This document shows, piece after piece, positions 23,943-42,768 of a stretch of 64,000 nt of DNA. Location: the NCBI GenBank assembly GCA_963920595.1, contig OY986950.1:3100001-3164000 (forward strand), written 5' to 3'. Source of the DNA: Eimeria praecox (taxonomy: Eukaryota). The notes under the pieces are model-generated. The model did no database searches. It saw only the letters and a list, made by a program, of their open reading frames with translations, and was not told the DNA's origin. The position numbers were made by a program, and so were the translations under genes. The stretch's first letter is position 1; every line of letters starts with the position of its first letter.

Positions 23943-24560
23943 ATGAGCCAGGCCAAGAGGACCACCCAAGGCACTGCTGCTGCTGCAGCAGGGCAGGGTG
24001 CGCGTGGCGGGCGATTTCGTCTGAGGCGGAAGAACAAGAGGGCGACGGATCTGAAACGTCAAGCCATGGGGAAAACATCTTGCAAACTACGAAAGAGTAT
24101 TACTCCTGGAACGGTGCTGATCCTCCTTAGCAGTGGCTACAGAGGGAAGCGTGTCATCTGCCTCAAGCAGTTAGAGCCCTCTGGCCTTCTTCTCGTTACA
24201 GGGCCCTTCACTGTGAATGGGGTTCCTCTGCGCCGAGTCAACCCACGTTATGTGATCGCCACGAGCACAAAAGTCGACGTCTCCGGCGTGAATCTGAACG
24301 GTGTCACCGACAGCATGTTCACGCGCACTGCGAAGGAGAAGCGCGAGGAGAGGAAGATGCGCACAAAGGACGACACCTCCATGTTTGTTCAGCAGGATTC
24401 CACCACCCAGAAGACCCTCCCAGAAGAGAGGAAGAAGCTGCAGGAACAAGTCGATAAGGCCCTCCTCGCCGTTGTCAACAAGGACGCTCTCCTCAAGCAG
24501 TACCTGAAGACACGCTTCACCCTCCGCTCCAACATGGCCCCTCATGCCATGAAATTCTAA
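23943..24560 (+). CDS. RPL6: 60S ribosomal protein L6 (eL6), intronless
   Basis: LRKSITPGTVLILL..YRGKRVICLKQL.SGLLLVTGPF.VNGVPLRRVNPRYVIATSTKVDVS and C-terminal YLKTRFTL...PHAMKF are hallmark eL6 motifs. ATG in AAAATG context at 23943. Confidence 0.97.
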   Translation: MSQAKRTTQGTAAAAAGQGARGGRFRLRRKNKRATDLKRQAMGKTSCKLRKSITPGTVLILLSSGYRGKRVICLKQLEPSGLLLVTGPFTVNGVPLRRVNPRYVIATSTKVDVSGVNLNGVTDSMFTRTAKEKREERKMRTKDDTSMFVQQDSTTQKTLPEERKKLQEQVDKALLAVVNKDALLKQYLKTRFTLRSNMAPHAMKF

Positions 24561-27077
24561 AGGAGACTCCCACACTGCCGATGCTGATCAAGGGAAGGGG
24601 GGGAAGGGGGGGCATTTGTTATTCACAGGCAGCATGCTGCAGGAGGCAGCTTGCAGTGGTTGGTGTGCGCACGGCCTGCTGCTGTGGCTGTTACATAGCA
24701 GGAGTGCGGGAGGGGAGGGGGCAGAACGGGTGTAGGGGGGCCTTGGGTGGGGTTTCATAGATTTGTTTCTCGCTGTGTTTCGCCACCGCAAGACTCTTCT
24801 TTTCCCGGGGCTGCTGCTGCAGTTGTTGCTGCAGCTGCTTCTGCAGTAGCTGCTTGTGCTCCACAGCTGACCTGTTTCATTCGTTGATGGTTTGGACAAT
24901 ACGTGTCGTTTCAGTATTGCTTCAGTGAGTTGAAGGAAGCAGACTAGGATACTGCACCGGTAATTCAAAGTAAAGGAGGCTTGATGCTTTACTGCCTTCA
25001 ACACGCACCTCTTCACTGTGGAAGCGTGAATCATCTCATTGGTTTTCTTAGAAATACCGAGTAGTTTCATAGTGCAAATATATACAGCATTCCTATGTAG
25101 TTCGCATATGGAAAATACGTCAGCACACTAGCTTATCGAGTCAGCCTAGCAACCCTGCAGTAGCAGCACACTAAACGGCTTTCAGCAGACAGCCAGCCAG
25201 CAGGGTGCATTCCTCTTAATATGCGGATAAGTCCGCTGCATACTTTGTTGAGTCCTCTCAATGCACGCTATTTTAATTCTGGTTCCTCTCTACGCTTTGT
25301 CTTCCACTTTGTTGGGGGCATCTGGTTATTTCAACAGCGCCAACAAGGATCAGAAGGAGACGAGAGGATCTGTCTGCACACTGTTCAGGATGTTAGTGGA
25401 TTCTCAAGAGTTCGCAAGTTTGCTGCTCAAGTTATGATTTTTCGTGCTGGTTTGTTGTCGGAAACGTCCAACGGGTTGCAGTCATACTTCCTCCTGTTGG
25501 GTGTAAAGGGGGGGCTGAACGGAGTGGCCAACTTAAGAAGCCACCATTTCTAAATGCATTTTACAATGAGAGGACTGTAGTCGCGGGTATTGCAGCGGCT
25601 GCAGCGTCGGCAAGTCGTAGGAATGGAACTGAAGGCTGTTCAGTCCATAGGCACGCCCGTTGTAGCAATGACCTCTCGCTGTGGATGAAATAAGTAACAC
25701 GAAGTTCTACCAGTATTGCTACCTCTATTTGTGCTGCTATCGTTATCCTCGTTGAACGTAACGATAGCAGCAATGGATATCGTGCCCAATGAGCACACTT
25801 CGTACTGCGTAGACAGCTGTCAATTACCCTCAGGGATATTTACGACTGGGGAAGCGAACCGGAATACACAATAGGTGGACCTAACAGCAAGTATGAGCGC
25901 TACAAACAAATGGGTTTGAGACTCTCCAAGCTAGCCACGCTACTATGGACGACTTCAATGTGTTTTTTCCTTGTAGTTGCACATTTCAGTTGCAGCCCTA
26001 GTGAGCCTGTCAGCTGGCAGGTGCCTGGTAGTGCAGCGATAGGTTCTTTGCAGAGGACGTTACGCCATTCGTCCTGCTAGGATAAAACTGCGCATACCCG
26101 TACCTCAAGTGCAGCCAGGGAGCGTCCTGTTCTGTTGTCATCTACCGCAGCCGGCAGCGATCATGCAACCCATTCAAACGCGTAGAGGTAGATGCAGTTT
26201 GAAACCTCCCCTCAATAGCAGTCTATTTTCATTTTATTTCCTGAAGATAAAATGGTAAAGATATAAACGTTTCAGCATTTTTTCAACGCGACGAGCCAGC
26301 ATGCTCTGTCGGGATGGCGACGGCGAGGGTAGTAGAAGGAACATCCTTCAAGACTCCGAGCACCAACACTTTACATATAAAACCCAAAACATAATTATAA
26401 CATGGTACGCACGCTTCAAAAGACTGCCACCACGGAGGAAATAAAACAATACCGCCAACCCACTCGAAGTGACCAGTGAGCCATGAAAAGAACACTGGTT
26501 CAATCTTGTGGTCTAGTGTAGGAATGGTTTCCCTTAAATATAATTAATACTGTACTGTTTTACACAAAGAAGGAAGTGCGGCGCCTGAAGGAGCTCGTAG
26601 AACCTTGCCGTCCTTCCTCCCCTCAATGAGGCACCCGAGCGGCGGCCGCTCTTCTTAGATCTGCCAACGCCTGATGGCGGGCACATCTGCGGCATGCCCG
26701 ATGAATACGTGAAGTTTCACGTTTTTAAATTGTGTTTAATTCTACAGATTCAAAGGAGTGGGCTGAAAACACTGGGCCCCTCTCAATTATATTGCGTGTG
26801 CTCCCCCGGTGGAGCGGTGGCGCCCTCGAACCACAGCCACAACCATCCGTGACTCGCAGAGTGTGTCTGCGGAATTCGTGCTACGTTGTTCGTTTATATC
26901 TTAAGCGTGATATGGAAGCTGAATTGGTATTGACTGACTGTTCCGTGGAAAGCCGGGGGGTGAGCTGCTGCTGCTCTCTCGCGTATTTCTGCAACGGAAC
27001 AGCTAGAAAGACCGGGACGCTGAAGAGGCGGGTCAAAGACTCAACTTCTCCCTTCTCCTTTGTAGCGTTTTGCGGAG

Positions 27078-30031
27078 ATGAGCGCGGCGCCTAGCCGCCA
27101 AGGCTCAATGAAGCCTAGTGAGGCTGGGGAGGCAGGGAGGGAGAACATAAAACATGATAAGGAGGCGGGTGTGCAGGAAAATCTGCGGGGTGGCAGGAAG
27201 GGTTCTTCGACCGAAACCCCTAGAGAAAACAAGCAAAAGGCAAATGCTTTAGAGGGACCTGCTGACAAGCTCCCCAGAAAGCCTCAGAGACGAAGCAGCA
27301 GCATCAGCGATGTTTCAAAGAAGACACACCTAGGAAGCGAACTGAAAGGCCCTGCTGCTACGGCAGAAGATGCATATGCCCAGCGAGTGCAATTTTCACT
27401 GGATCGCCTGTCTTTGTGGGAGCAAAAGGAGGGAAAGGAGGGAAACCAGGGACGAGGCAACCTTGAGAGCCAAAGCAGCGGCAGCTCCCCCCCGGACTTT
27501 ATTGTCACCATAACTGCCAGCTGGCCAGGTTGTCAGTTGCTTTGCAGCTTCATAGCTGCGGACTTGGGCCCCAAAGTTGCTCTATGGAGCGTTGAGTCGC
27601 CCAACGATCCCGCAACGTTTCTTGTTTACGACCCCAAACGAAAGAAGTACACCACAGCACGCCCATAGCTCGCTCCCACCCTCACTCTCGCCATCCTAGC
27701 AGCTGCTGTGTTAGAAATAATGCTGCGCCTTTTGGGTGCAGCGTTGCCTGCACGCTGAACGCAGGGCGGCACATAGGACTCTTTGTGCGAAGTAGGAGGC
27801 AGTGGGCTCGTGCTTATCTCCCAGTGAGCCCTTGATTATCTGGATGCGTTCTTACAGGCTCGAAGAAGAGAAAGGGACTGGGGAGGAACCGGAAGCAGCA
27901 CTGGGGGTCACGCTGACCCCGGCTTCCATTAAAGGAGTTAGAGGGGCCTTGCTGTTTGGCGGCCGTTCTCACGTGGGAGAAATCATAAATGATTGCTTGT
28001 TTTACAACCCGGCCAACCGCAAATGGACAAAGGTCAAGTGTCAAGGGGAGAAACCGGCAGCACGCTGCTTTCATGCAGCCGCCTTCTCAACCAAGACTGA
28101 AACACTCTATATTTTTGGAGGCCAAGGGGAAGACGGAACAACGTTGGCGGGAACCTGCAAGTTAGTCAATGGAAGTAAGGCATCTCGCAAATGGTTCGAT
28201 GCATGTTCCCTGATTTGAATATTTTGCACAGATCAAGGCATCGTTCTTCTGGAGCATACATATTTTCCCTCCTCGTGTTTACACCTGCACTTGTTTTCCG
28301 CTTCTTAAACGGGAAATTCAAACACCTGTCTTTCGGTCGGCTACACCAGCCAGTGTTGATGCACTTATTGGCTGTGCTGTTGCTGGTGCGGCTTCTGATG
28401 CCTTCTCTGGCGCATTGAGACAGGACCTTCACCACTATATTCAGCGACTTTCAGCTCGTATGCCTGCTGCTGTTTGTGTTGTTTTCCGATATATAATGGT
28501 TCAGAGGAGTGGATAGAGATGGAAAATGAAGACGCGCCGCCTCCAAGAACGCACCACAGCTTAAGCGTTATTGAGGGGCCCACAACAGGAGAGAACCTCC
28601 TTCTGTTTGGGGGTCTGGTAGATGGAGCTGATACAAATGATCTGTGGGCTTTGCCCCTTGGGTCTAAAAAGCCGACATGGTACAGCATAAGAGAAGCTTC
28701 AGGAACACCGCCGGCCGCACGCCACGGGTGCGTTACTGCTGCTGCGCATTTCCGCAAGAAATGCACTCAGTAGAGATTTCATATGAATCACGAGCAACTG
28801 CAGTCATTTTACTCCTATGGCTTTTGTGCCTTCTTATTGCAGGCACTCGGCCACCGTCGCAGGCCCCCGTTGCTTCATTTTCGGCGGAATCGGAAGGCAT
28901 TGGCTGGGCTGGGATGTTCCATATTTCGGTACGACGGTCCAAGTACAATTTGTCTTTTCTGCTCTTTTGCACTTTCACCTTAATATTTTGCAAGTAGGAA
29001 GGAGGCGTACAAAAATCTTAGTTGGGGTGTCAGTTTTAGTGCGGTAGTTTTGCTTTGTACTTTTATCCGACCATGTACCTGTGTGTGCGCTGCTGCTGTT
29101 AAGACATGAACGCATACGACATTGAAGCGTCATCTTGGTTTTCTATCAGTTTACTTTCCCCCCTAGCCGACCTGCCTTCTCATGGCCTAGCGGTCGCCAC
29201 TGGTGACCCAAGCACGATGCTGCACGTCTTCGCAGCGGGTGAGCAGCAGGAGCACAATTCGTTTCGCTTTTCTGTGGCCATTTCGTGTCTGCAGTGCATA
29301 CATGTATGCAGTGCAGTGACGAACTGGCGTCCTCTTTCCTATAGTTCTTTTTCATCACAGCCTCTAAAGCACCATGCTCCTTCTGGTGGTGGTCGCACGC
29401 ATGAATCTGTTTCTGCTAGTTGATTTCCATCATGCATATTACGCCAGGGCGGGTAACTTGTGTAGACAGGTTTGTCATGACTTGTGTAGACAGGTTTGTA
29501 ATGAGACATAAGTAGCTTGTTTCGCTTTTCACAGGGGATAAAAGTTGGAACGAAGGCGCTATTTACCGCTTGGCTGCGGTATGCAGCACGCTGGATATAT
29601 CATTTGCAGCCCAGGGCCTCCGGCACGCGAAGGTGGTTTCAGCAGATAATAGAAAGAGGAAAGAGGACATGCAGGCGGCAGTAGATGAGGTGAGAGCCCT
29701 TGTCAGGGAGGGAGAGAACTCTTGTAGTTTTATGAGCAGCAAAGCAGAAGAACTCGCGGAGCGGTGGGAATCGCTTATCCGCGCTATCGGCGACACTCAC
29801 AGCGATGTGCTGGCAAAACTTGAAGTAGCTCAGCAGTTGGAAGAAAATGCGACAGCGGTGGCCTCTGAGGTAATGGCAAGAGAGGCAGCAGTCACTGCGA
29901 AGTGCGAAGAACTGCAGCGCCAAATGGAACACTTTCAGCTCAGACTCAGTGAATATGACCAGCCCACGGAAGATACAGGGGATGTCCCTCAACCGGAAGC
30001 CCCAGAGGGTGACAAACAAGAAGGCGAATAG
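27078..30031 (+). CDS. Kelch-repeat (beta-propeller) protein with C-terminal coiled coil
   Basis: Spliced exons carry Kelch motifs: LLFGG...NDCLFYNPANRKW...PAARCFHAA...LYIFGG; PPPRTHHSL...LLLFGG...NDLW; PAARHG|HSATVAGPRCFIFGG; DMNAYDIEASSW. The last exon (~29535-30031) is helical and heptad-rich. Confidence 0.88.
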
Positions 30032-30177
30032 AAAGTGCAATCAGCAGATCCTTCCCTAAAAGCATCAGTGGGTAAGGGCTTAGGATTTAGGTTCTTTTGC
30101 ACTTTCCTCCATATACAGTGGAGCCGGCAGCAGACGAATTCCTGGTCGTTGTTGCTGTCATACAGTGTTGTACAGTG

Positions 30178-30839
30178 ATGCTGCACTGGAAGCCTATATT
30201 GGCAGTTAGTTTGTGTTGGATTTTCCTCTCGCACTGTGCAAATGCCCACAGAGGTCAGGAGGTGGAAGGGCCACCTACATATTACGTATGCAGGGGTCCT
30301 GCGGGATATGCTGTAATTGTTGTGGAGTTAAAGTTTGCGCAGAGGAGGAAGCATCCCTTGTCCTTTGAAGCTAATATTTTTTTCCGCATTAATATACTAA
30401 TATTTTAATGGCGAATATCCGTTTTATGTGGTTTAAGAATGCTTCGGTTTGCTCGTTGCGCAACCGTCCCTCTGGGTCCAAAGGGACTTGCTGAAAATTA
30501 AAGAGGAGTTAAGACTTACGTAGATGGAGGAATATCTCCTGGCTTTTGAAATGAATATATTTTTTCCGCATTTTTAATTTAAATAACAGATAAGTTTTAT
30601 GCGTTTTATAAATACTTTGGCTCGCTGTTCGATCCACTTACATGTGGGCGATGCTGGGGGGTAGGGGGGGGGGTCAACAATCATTGCCGCAACGTAGTTG
30701 ACCGGTGTACGTGTATCCAAAAGATACATAAGCAGTACAGTTAAATGCCAGAAAAGTGTGTAGGCGTGCAACATAATCGACGGCTCTGTACTTATTTCAG
30801 GTTCATCAGGGCAAAAGCAGATACTCTGCTACCGCGGCG
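30178..30839 (+). CDS. Possible signal-peptide-bearing 5' exons (of the downstream gene or of a separate small gene)
   Basis: MLHWKPILAVSLCWIFLSHCANAHRGQEVEGPPTYY is followed by a GTATG donor, and a phase-compatible mini-exon 30801-30839 (VHQGKSRYSATAA) follows. The onward connection was not resolved. Confidence 0.35.
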
Positions 30840-31969
30840 GTGAATTTGTTCTCACATACGCAAGCAGATTGCAGTTACTAGATGCATGGTGATTATTAAA
30901 ATGCACTCAATGCATGCTGCTGCACATAAAAATTAACAACGAACACGCATTATGGACGGGCGATTTCGACCGCCATTGGTGTTTTGCGCATCGAGCGAAG
31001 GCGGGACGGAAGGCACGAGGGGACGAGGAATAGGCAAGGAGTGGGGTCAGGAAGCACATTTTGTTACTTTAACACTGGAATCCTTCCACCCCTTGGCTCT
31101 GAATTCGTTTGACCGAAGTATACTTCACAAGACCTGCCTCTCACCTTCGCATATTTCACTACCGGTAGTGGCACGGAAGCTCGTTCGTCGTTGATTTTAA
31201 AACCTTCGTTAGGGTACTAGTATTTACAACTAGGGAAGTCATAAAAAAGCATGATGGCATGCCTGGTTCTGCTCCTCAACCAGCACTGCCTAGCCACCAG
31301 AAGTTCTAGACGATGTGCGTACGTTGCGAGTTTACTGCGCAGGAGCAGCCTTCCTAAGCCGCTTCCCGTTCTGTTTATGTGTGATTATACAGTTTGCCAT
31401 TTTGCAGTATATTATGGCTTTAAAGCATTAGTGGGCCACAGAAATGCCTAAGCGGTGAGGCAGACCAATGGCCTCCCGTAGTCGATACAAGGAGCATGCA
31501 CTTCGCTGCTGGTCGAGTCATGCAAAGAATGCGTTTGTTATCTCCTCATTTAATTTCCCGCTAAAGTATAATATAAACAGTTCCTGATAGTTCTCAGGAA
31601 GAAATAAACAGCGGAGAGCTGGGGAATTGGAGGAACCTCTAGAAGAGTTTCCGTTCCTTCCCTTGCACATTGCCGCCACACTGGCAGATCAACAACTCCA
31701 CAATTGTTTTGGCGCTTTAGCTTTAGCAATACGTAGTAATAATGGTGTCTCATGAGCTAAATGGCATATAGTGGATATAGTCTTCTTCCTGTACGAAGGA
31801 GTGGTTCGGCTTACGACACCCAGCATCCACTGACCTCATCTGCAGAGGACCACGTGTGTTTGTTTTCTTCGCTTGTTTTCGAAAGGCCATTTGCTTCTGA
31901 ATAGTTTGTTAAATGCATGAATAATTGCAGTTTCCCGCATCACTCATGGGAGGGGCTGCTTCCACTGCA

Positions 31970-38215
<6,246 letters not shown>

Positions 38216-39119
38216 CCTCAAGATTTGCTGCTGCTTCTCTTGCAGCAGGGGATGCCTGAAAAGTGGTTGGAAAGATCTGCAGAAGGGCTAGGAGCAGCTG
38301 GAGATGCAACAGGTGCTAGGGCAACGGCTGGAAGCGGAATGCAGCTGCAGTGGCTGGAAACCTCGACTGCAGCTGCAGGTGTTGCTGGGGCACCAGCATC
38401 CTCTGTTGCAGACACACAGACACATGCGCATAGATACTTGGAGCCCCACAGTTGTGACGAGCTCACGCGGCAGCAGGAGGGAGCCGTGGATAGCCCTATT
38501 AAATATATGTTTGTATTGATGTGTTACAACACAATATCGAGATTTGGTGTTAATCCGTTTGCACAAAGTGAAACCATGTCTTTCCGCCAGTGTAGTGGAT
38601 GCAGCCAACGATGCTTCACTTCAGGGAAACGGTTTCGCACATGTGCAGATAATATAAAACTATAAATGGTGAGCGACATGCCTGCGTATGTGGGTTCAGG
38701 ACTTCTATTTGTTTGTTTGTGAACAATGCATGCTGACTGCCAGCTGTTCGCCATTGCTGCGTACGGCGTCCTAGCTGTAACTTGTAGATTTTTGGCTGCT
38801 TATCTGTTTTCGTAAACACGCGTATTTGCAGATATACAGGAAGTCTGTGTTAAACACTGAGTCTCAGAATGTGATTGAGTCGAAGGTTTACAGCACGGAG
38901 CTGCGGCCGGCGTAGGGCCATCCTGTATACGTATATGCATATATTGTGAGGTTTGGAAAATATACAATATTACACATCATCTATACCACACATTATACGA
39001 GCACAGCGAAAATCCGCTCGTTTCCCCACATCATACTTCAGACGACGGCCACTGGCAACCGCCCCCCGCCCCCCCCCTTAGTTCTCAGTTATTCGGTGTT
39101 CTATGCACCGGGCAAAGCT

Positions 39120-39375
39120 GAAACTCCTTGCTAACTAAGCAGCCTCTTGCGGCGAACTAAGGAGCAGAAGTCTCTTGCTGCTAGCTAAGAACTAGCCTCT
39201 TCCTGTCAATTAAGGAGGAATCCCTTCCTAGTTAAGAGGCCTCTTGTTAACGCAGGATCCACTAGTTAACAAAGGATCCTCTTCTTAATTCGTGGGCCTT
39301 CTTTCAAGTTGAAAGCCTCTTCTTCATGAAGGAGCCAATCGTTAGCAACGCAGCCTCTTGGCAATTAAAACGCCT
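39120..39375. repeat. Degenerate minisatellite (GCCTCTT...(C/T)TAA units, ~20-28 nt)
   Basis: Recurring gcctcttg/gcctcttc/tctcttg/cctcttc motifs, each followed by aactaa/gctaa/attaa/gttaa. Confidence 0.65.
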
Positions 39376-40352
39376 GCTGCTCCCCGTGGTTAGGTATTGT
39401 GCCCGCTGTTAATTAACCGCTCATTAAGGCCACCATTCGCTAAACGCAGGAACAGAACAGAACATTGCCGCTGCTCTGTACCTAGCGGTAGGTGCGATGC
39501 TGTTCAGGTTCGTCTTCACCCTGCCTTTCTTGCTTTTTCCTGCGAGCCAACGCCTGCCAAGGAGGCAGAAGAGGGTCTTCCCCAAATGAAAGCAGCATAT
39601 CGCGCAGCCTCCACTTTACATCTCAGCATCAGGCCACTGCACTTTGCAAAGGCGTTCTTGCTCATGTCAGGAAAAGAAGTCTCCCCGCTTCATGTGAACA
39701 AGGGAGGAGGCAGACAAAGAGACAATGCTGCCATAGCCAGTTCAAGCTGGTCCTCTCTAGCCAGCAAGGCTGCAGCCCATCCCCAGTTAGTGCTGCGCCT
39801 GTCATTAGTAGTAGCAGTGTTGGTTCCTGGTGTGATGCGCCTGACAAAAGCGCGACTAGGTCGCAGGTCTCTTTTTGCTTTACTGTAATACAAGCTAAAA
39901 ACTACATCACAGTGGGTATAAGGATATCATAAGCTGTTCTGCTCGTCCGTCTGCTTCCTTCTGTATCAACAACGAGAGGCTCAAGGCCCATAATTTAACC
40001 ATCGGCATACAGCTGTCTGTCCTCTTTTAAAGCACGCTGCAACAAACCCCAAGCAAAAGGGCTCCTCGTGCATGCACTGCCCATACACCAGGGTGTGCAA
40101 CAAACAGCAGAGCCCAACCGCACCTACCCCCAATCCTTTGTTTGTTTGGGGAGTAAATGGTGGGCGGGACATGCTTTGCTGTTCATTCCTTCACCTAAAC
40201 GCCTTCCTCCTTTTTCTGTCCTCATGCCAAACACAAAAACGCTACTACCTGCATGCTGCATGCAGGACGAAGGGAGGCACGAGGTGAAGAAAAACGCTGA
40301 CAGACACTGAGGCCATCCGTCGGGGTTCTCAGTCTTAAACAGGTATTCCATT

Positions 40353-41360
40353 TTAAGCGAAGAGGAAAGGAAGAAGACAACCGAGAGACAGGAAGGAAGA
40401 GGCCATGCCCAGCGCATGCAGGCGTTTGAAGGCCTTGTGCAGCTGTATGTAGTCCTCTCCTGCTACTGTCAGTGGGCCTGCTGCTACTGCACCTGATGCT
40501 GCTGCTGCTGATTCCGCCATGGATAGCACAGCAGCAGAAGATTCGTCGGGCTTCGCCCCCAAGCGGTCTGCAAGTTCTTCCCTCTCACGAAGTACAGATA
40601 CCTGAATTGCACACCAGAAAAGATAGTGCAACCTCGCCTGTAGCGGCTCCACTTTCGAGCGCCACATATGAGCGAAAAAACTGGCGCAGCCCTTGCCATC
40701 AATACGGATAATGCTGCGGCAGCAGCAGCCTTCATAAAGACAGGCAGTGCAGTCTGAGTACCGTTAGCACCAAAAAAAGCGTGGCTGTACTGGCAGCAAA
40801 TAAAGCGATAAAACAACAATGAGGAAAACGAAAAAAAAACAATTGCCAGGAAGATTAAAGCTAGCAGCAACAGCAAGACCAGCACCCCACACACAAAGAA
40901 AATGGCCGGCGCGCGAACGCCAACACGGACCAAAAACATAGCAAGAACCAGTATTAATAGGGCAGGCAACAGCAACAAACAAGAAACGGAAAGAAAACGA
41001 GAACAACAACAAACAAACGATACTGAGGCAAGCAAACCCCGTTCTCCTAGGATTTATGCGTCGATGCTGGAAAGGCTCGCAATAACAAAATGGGGGCAGC
41101 AACAAAACCAACAGCTTCGACACAAAGGAACCAAAAACGAGGATAAGAAGTGCAGGGCGTACTTGTTTTGGGAAGATAAAGCAAGAATTCGCGAGATTAA
41201 AGAAGACGCTGGCACATGCAACGGCCTGCAGGCGTCTGTGGTCAAGGGCCAACTCGCAGGTGGTGAACAACAATAAAGAAGAAAAGACAGACGAAAAACA
41301 AGAAAACAACGGCAAGTGTTCCGACTGAAACGCAACTGTGCGTACATCGCAGCACGCACA

Positions 41361-41397
<37 letters not shown>

Positions 41398-41823
41398 TCA
41401 CACATACAAACACATGCACACAGGCATCCATACACGTGCACAGACAGCTACACCTGTGCTCATACGAGGGAGAGTGTCCGCTTGGCACAGTTTGCATTCA
41501 AGGGGATCATCTACTGCGGGCAGCAGAACAAAATGAAGCTAGATAGGGAGCGTTCCATGACAGAGCAACGGACTTAGCTGCTTCCTGTTGAGGTGTTTCC
41601 GCAACAGGGGAGACCCGATGCAGAGCACCCACACGCTGGATCCGAAGAGGGCCCCAAAGCTGCAGTTGAGGAGGGCACGCATGCCCAAGAGGACTAGCGG
41701 GTGGCTGTCTGTCTGCTGCAGCAACGACTGACAACCAGACAACGATGAAGGCAGGCACAGGAGCAGCGCCGCCACGCCGCTTCCCGCCGCCACCAAAGGC
41801 AACTTACTCATGCAACACGCCAT
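40353..41823 (-). CDS. TMEM205 / DUF4149-like membrane protein
   Basis: Exons 41823-41574, 41335-41163 and 40601-40353 splice in frame: LLNCSFGALFGSSVWVLCIGSPLLRKHLNRKQL|IAFQSEHLPLF...FFNLANSCFIFPKQ|VSVLREREE...YIQLHKAFKRLHALGMASSFLSL. This follows the TMEM205 pattern (FGxxxW, QSxxxP, NxxxxxP, KxFxxLH). Confidence 0.8.
41364..41405. repeat. (CA)n microsatellite, intronic
   Basis: Read directly. Confidence 0.9.
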
Positions 41824-42768
41824 CGTACAGCTTCTGAAATCCGCAAACACTCACCCCTGAAGTCCAAGAAACACACCCTGTACCTCTTCGCTGCGGCCTG
41901 TCCTTCTGCTGTAGCTGCTCTCGACAAACTACGTGAAGTATGTATCGTTTGGATCCTCGTATCCAATGAGCTCTTAGGAAATTGGCGGTGTTCCGAGAGT
42001 CCAGGTTCAGGCAGTCTATAGGTTCTCAAGCTTTCCGCAGCCCCAGGGTAGAGAACTGCTGGAAGATGATGGCGTGCTTTGGCGACAGTGGGAGCAGACG
42101 GAAGCCAAGGGATGGATTTGCAGGAATTAACAAGCTGTCGACAACCAGAATAACCAAGTATACCGCAAAAGCAAGTATATTACATTAATACTTCTGGCAT
42201 ATTAACCTGCACACACAGCTGCAGTGTCTGGAAAGCCAGGCTTCACACCATCGCTGGGTCTGGCGAGACAACCTGGGGTGTGAAGCTGTTCCACTGAACA
42301 TAATGCCGTTAGCTGTTCAATTTCGCTTTTATAAACATTTTCGATTAGAGAATTACTGATGAACCTTACCGGTTTCTCCGGCAGAGGCAGGAGGAAAGAC
42401 ACACAAGGACTGAACCGCCACTGCCACCCCACCGGGTTTACGGGATTCGCAGGCTTGGAAACCGGAGATTCATCATAGAATTTGGGTTTTCTCTAAATCC
42501 ATTAGCTGCGGTTTTGTAGATCCCCCACGTTAGTTATGTGCAGAAGACAAACGAACTCCCCTGCCTGCCCGGCGCATCAATCATCGGCCGTTCAATATAT
42601 TAAACACAGAGGGCGACTGCTTGCAGCCGGTGGTATTGCCTAGGTATTTCCTGCTCCCCTGCCAAAGGAGGTGTATTACACACCCCAAGGTGAACTGCTC
42701 CCGAAGTAAAAGCCACGGGCTCGCTGGGGGCTTGAATTGCTCTAAGAGCACGGGAGGGGAAGTCCCTC

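Noticed and set aside
39120..39375. CRISPR-like array
   Set aside because: Eukaryotic context, repeats not identical, no unique equal-length spacers and no cas genes.
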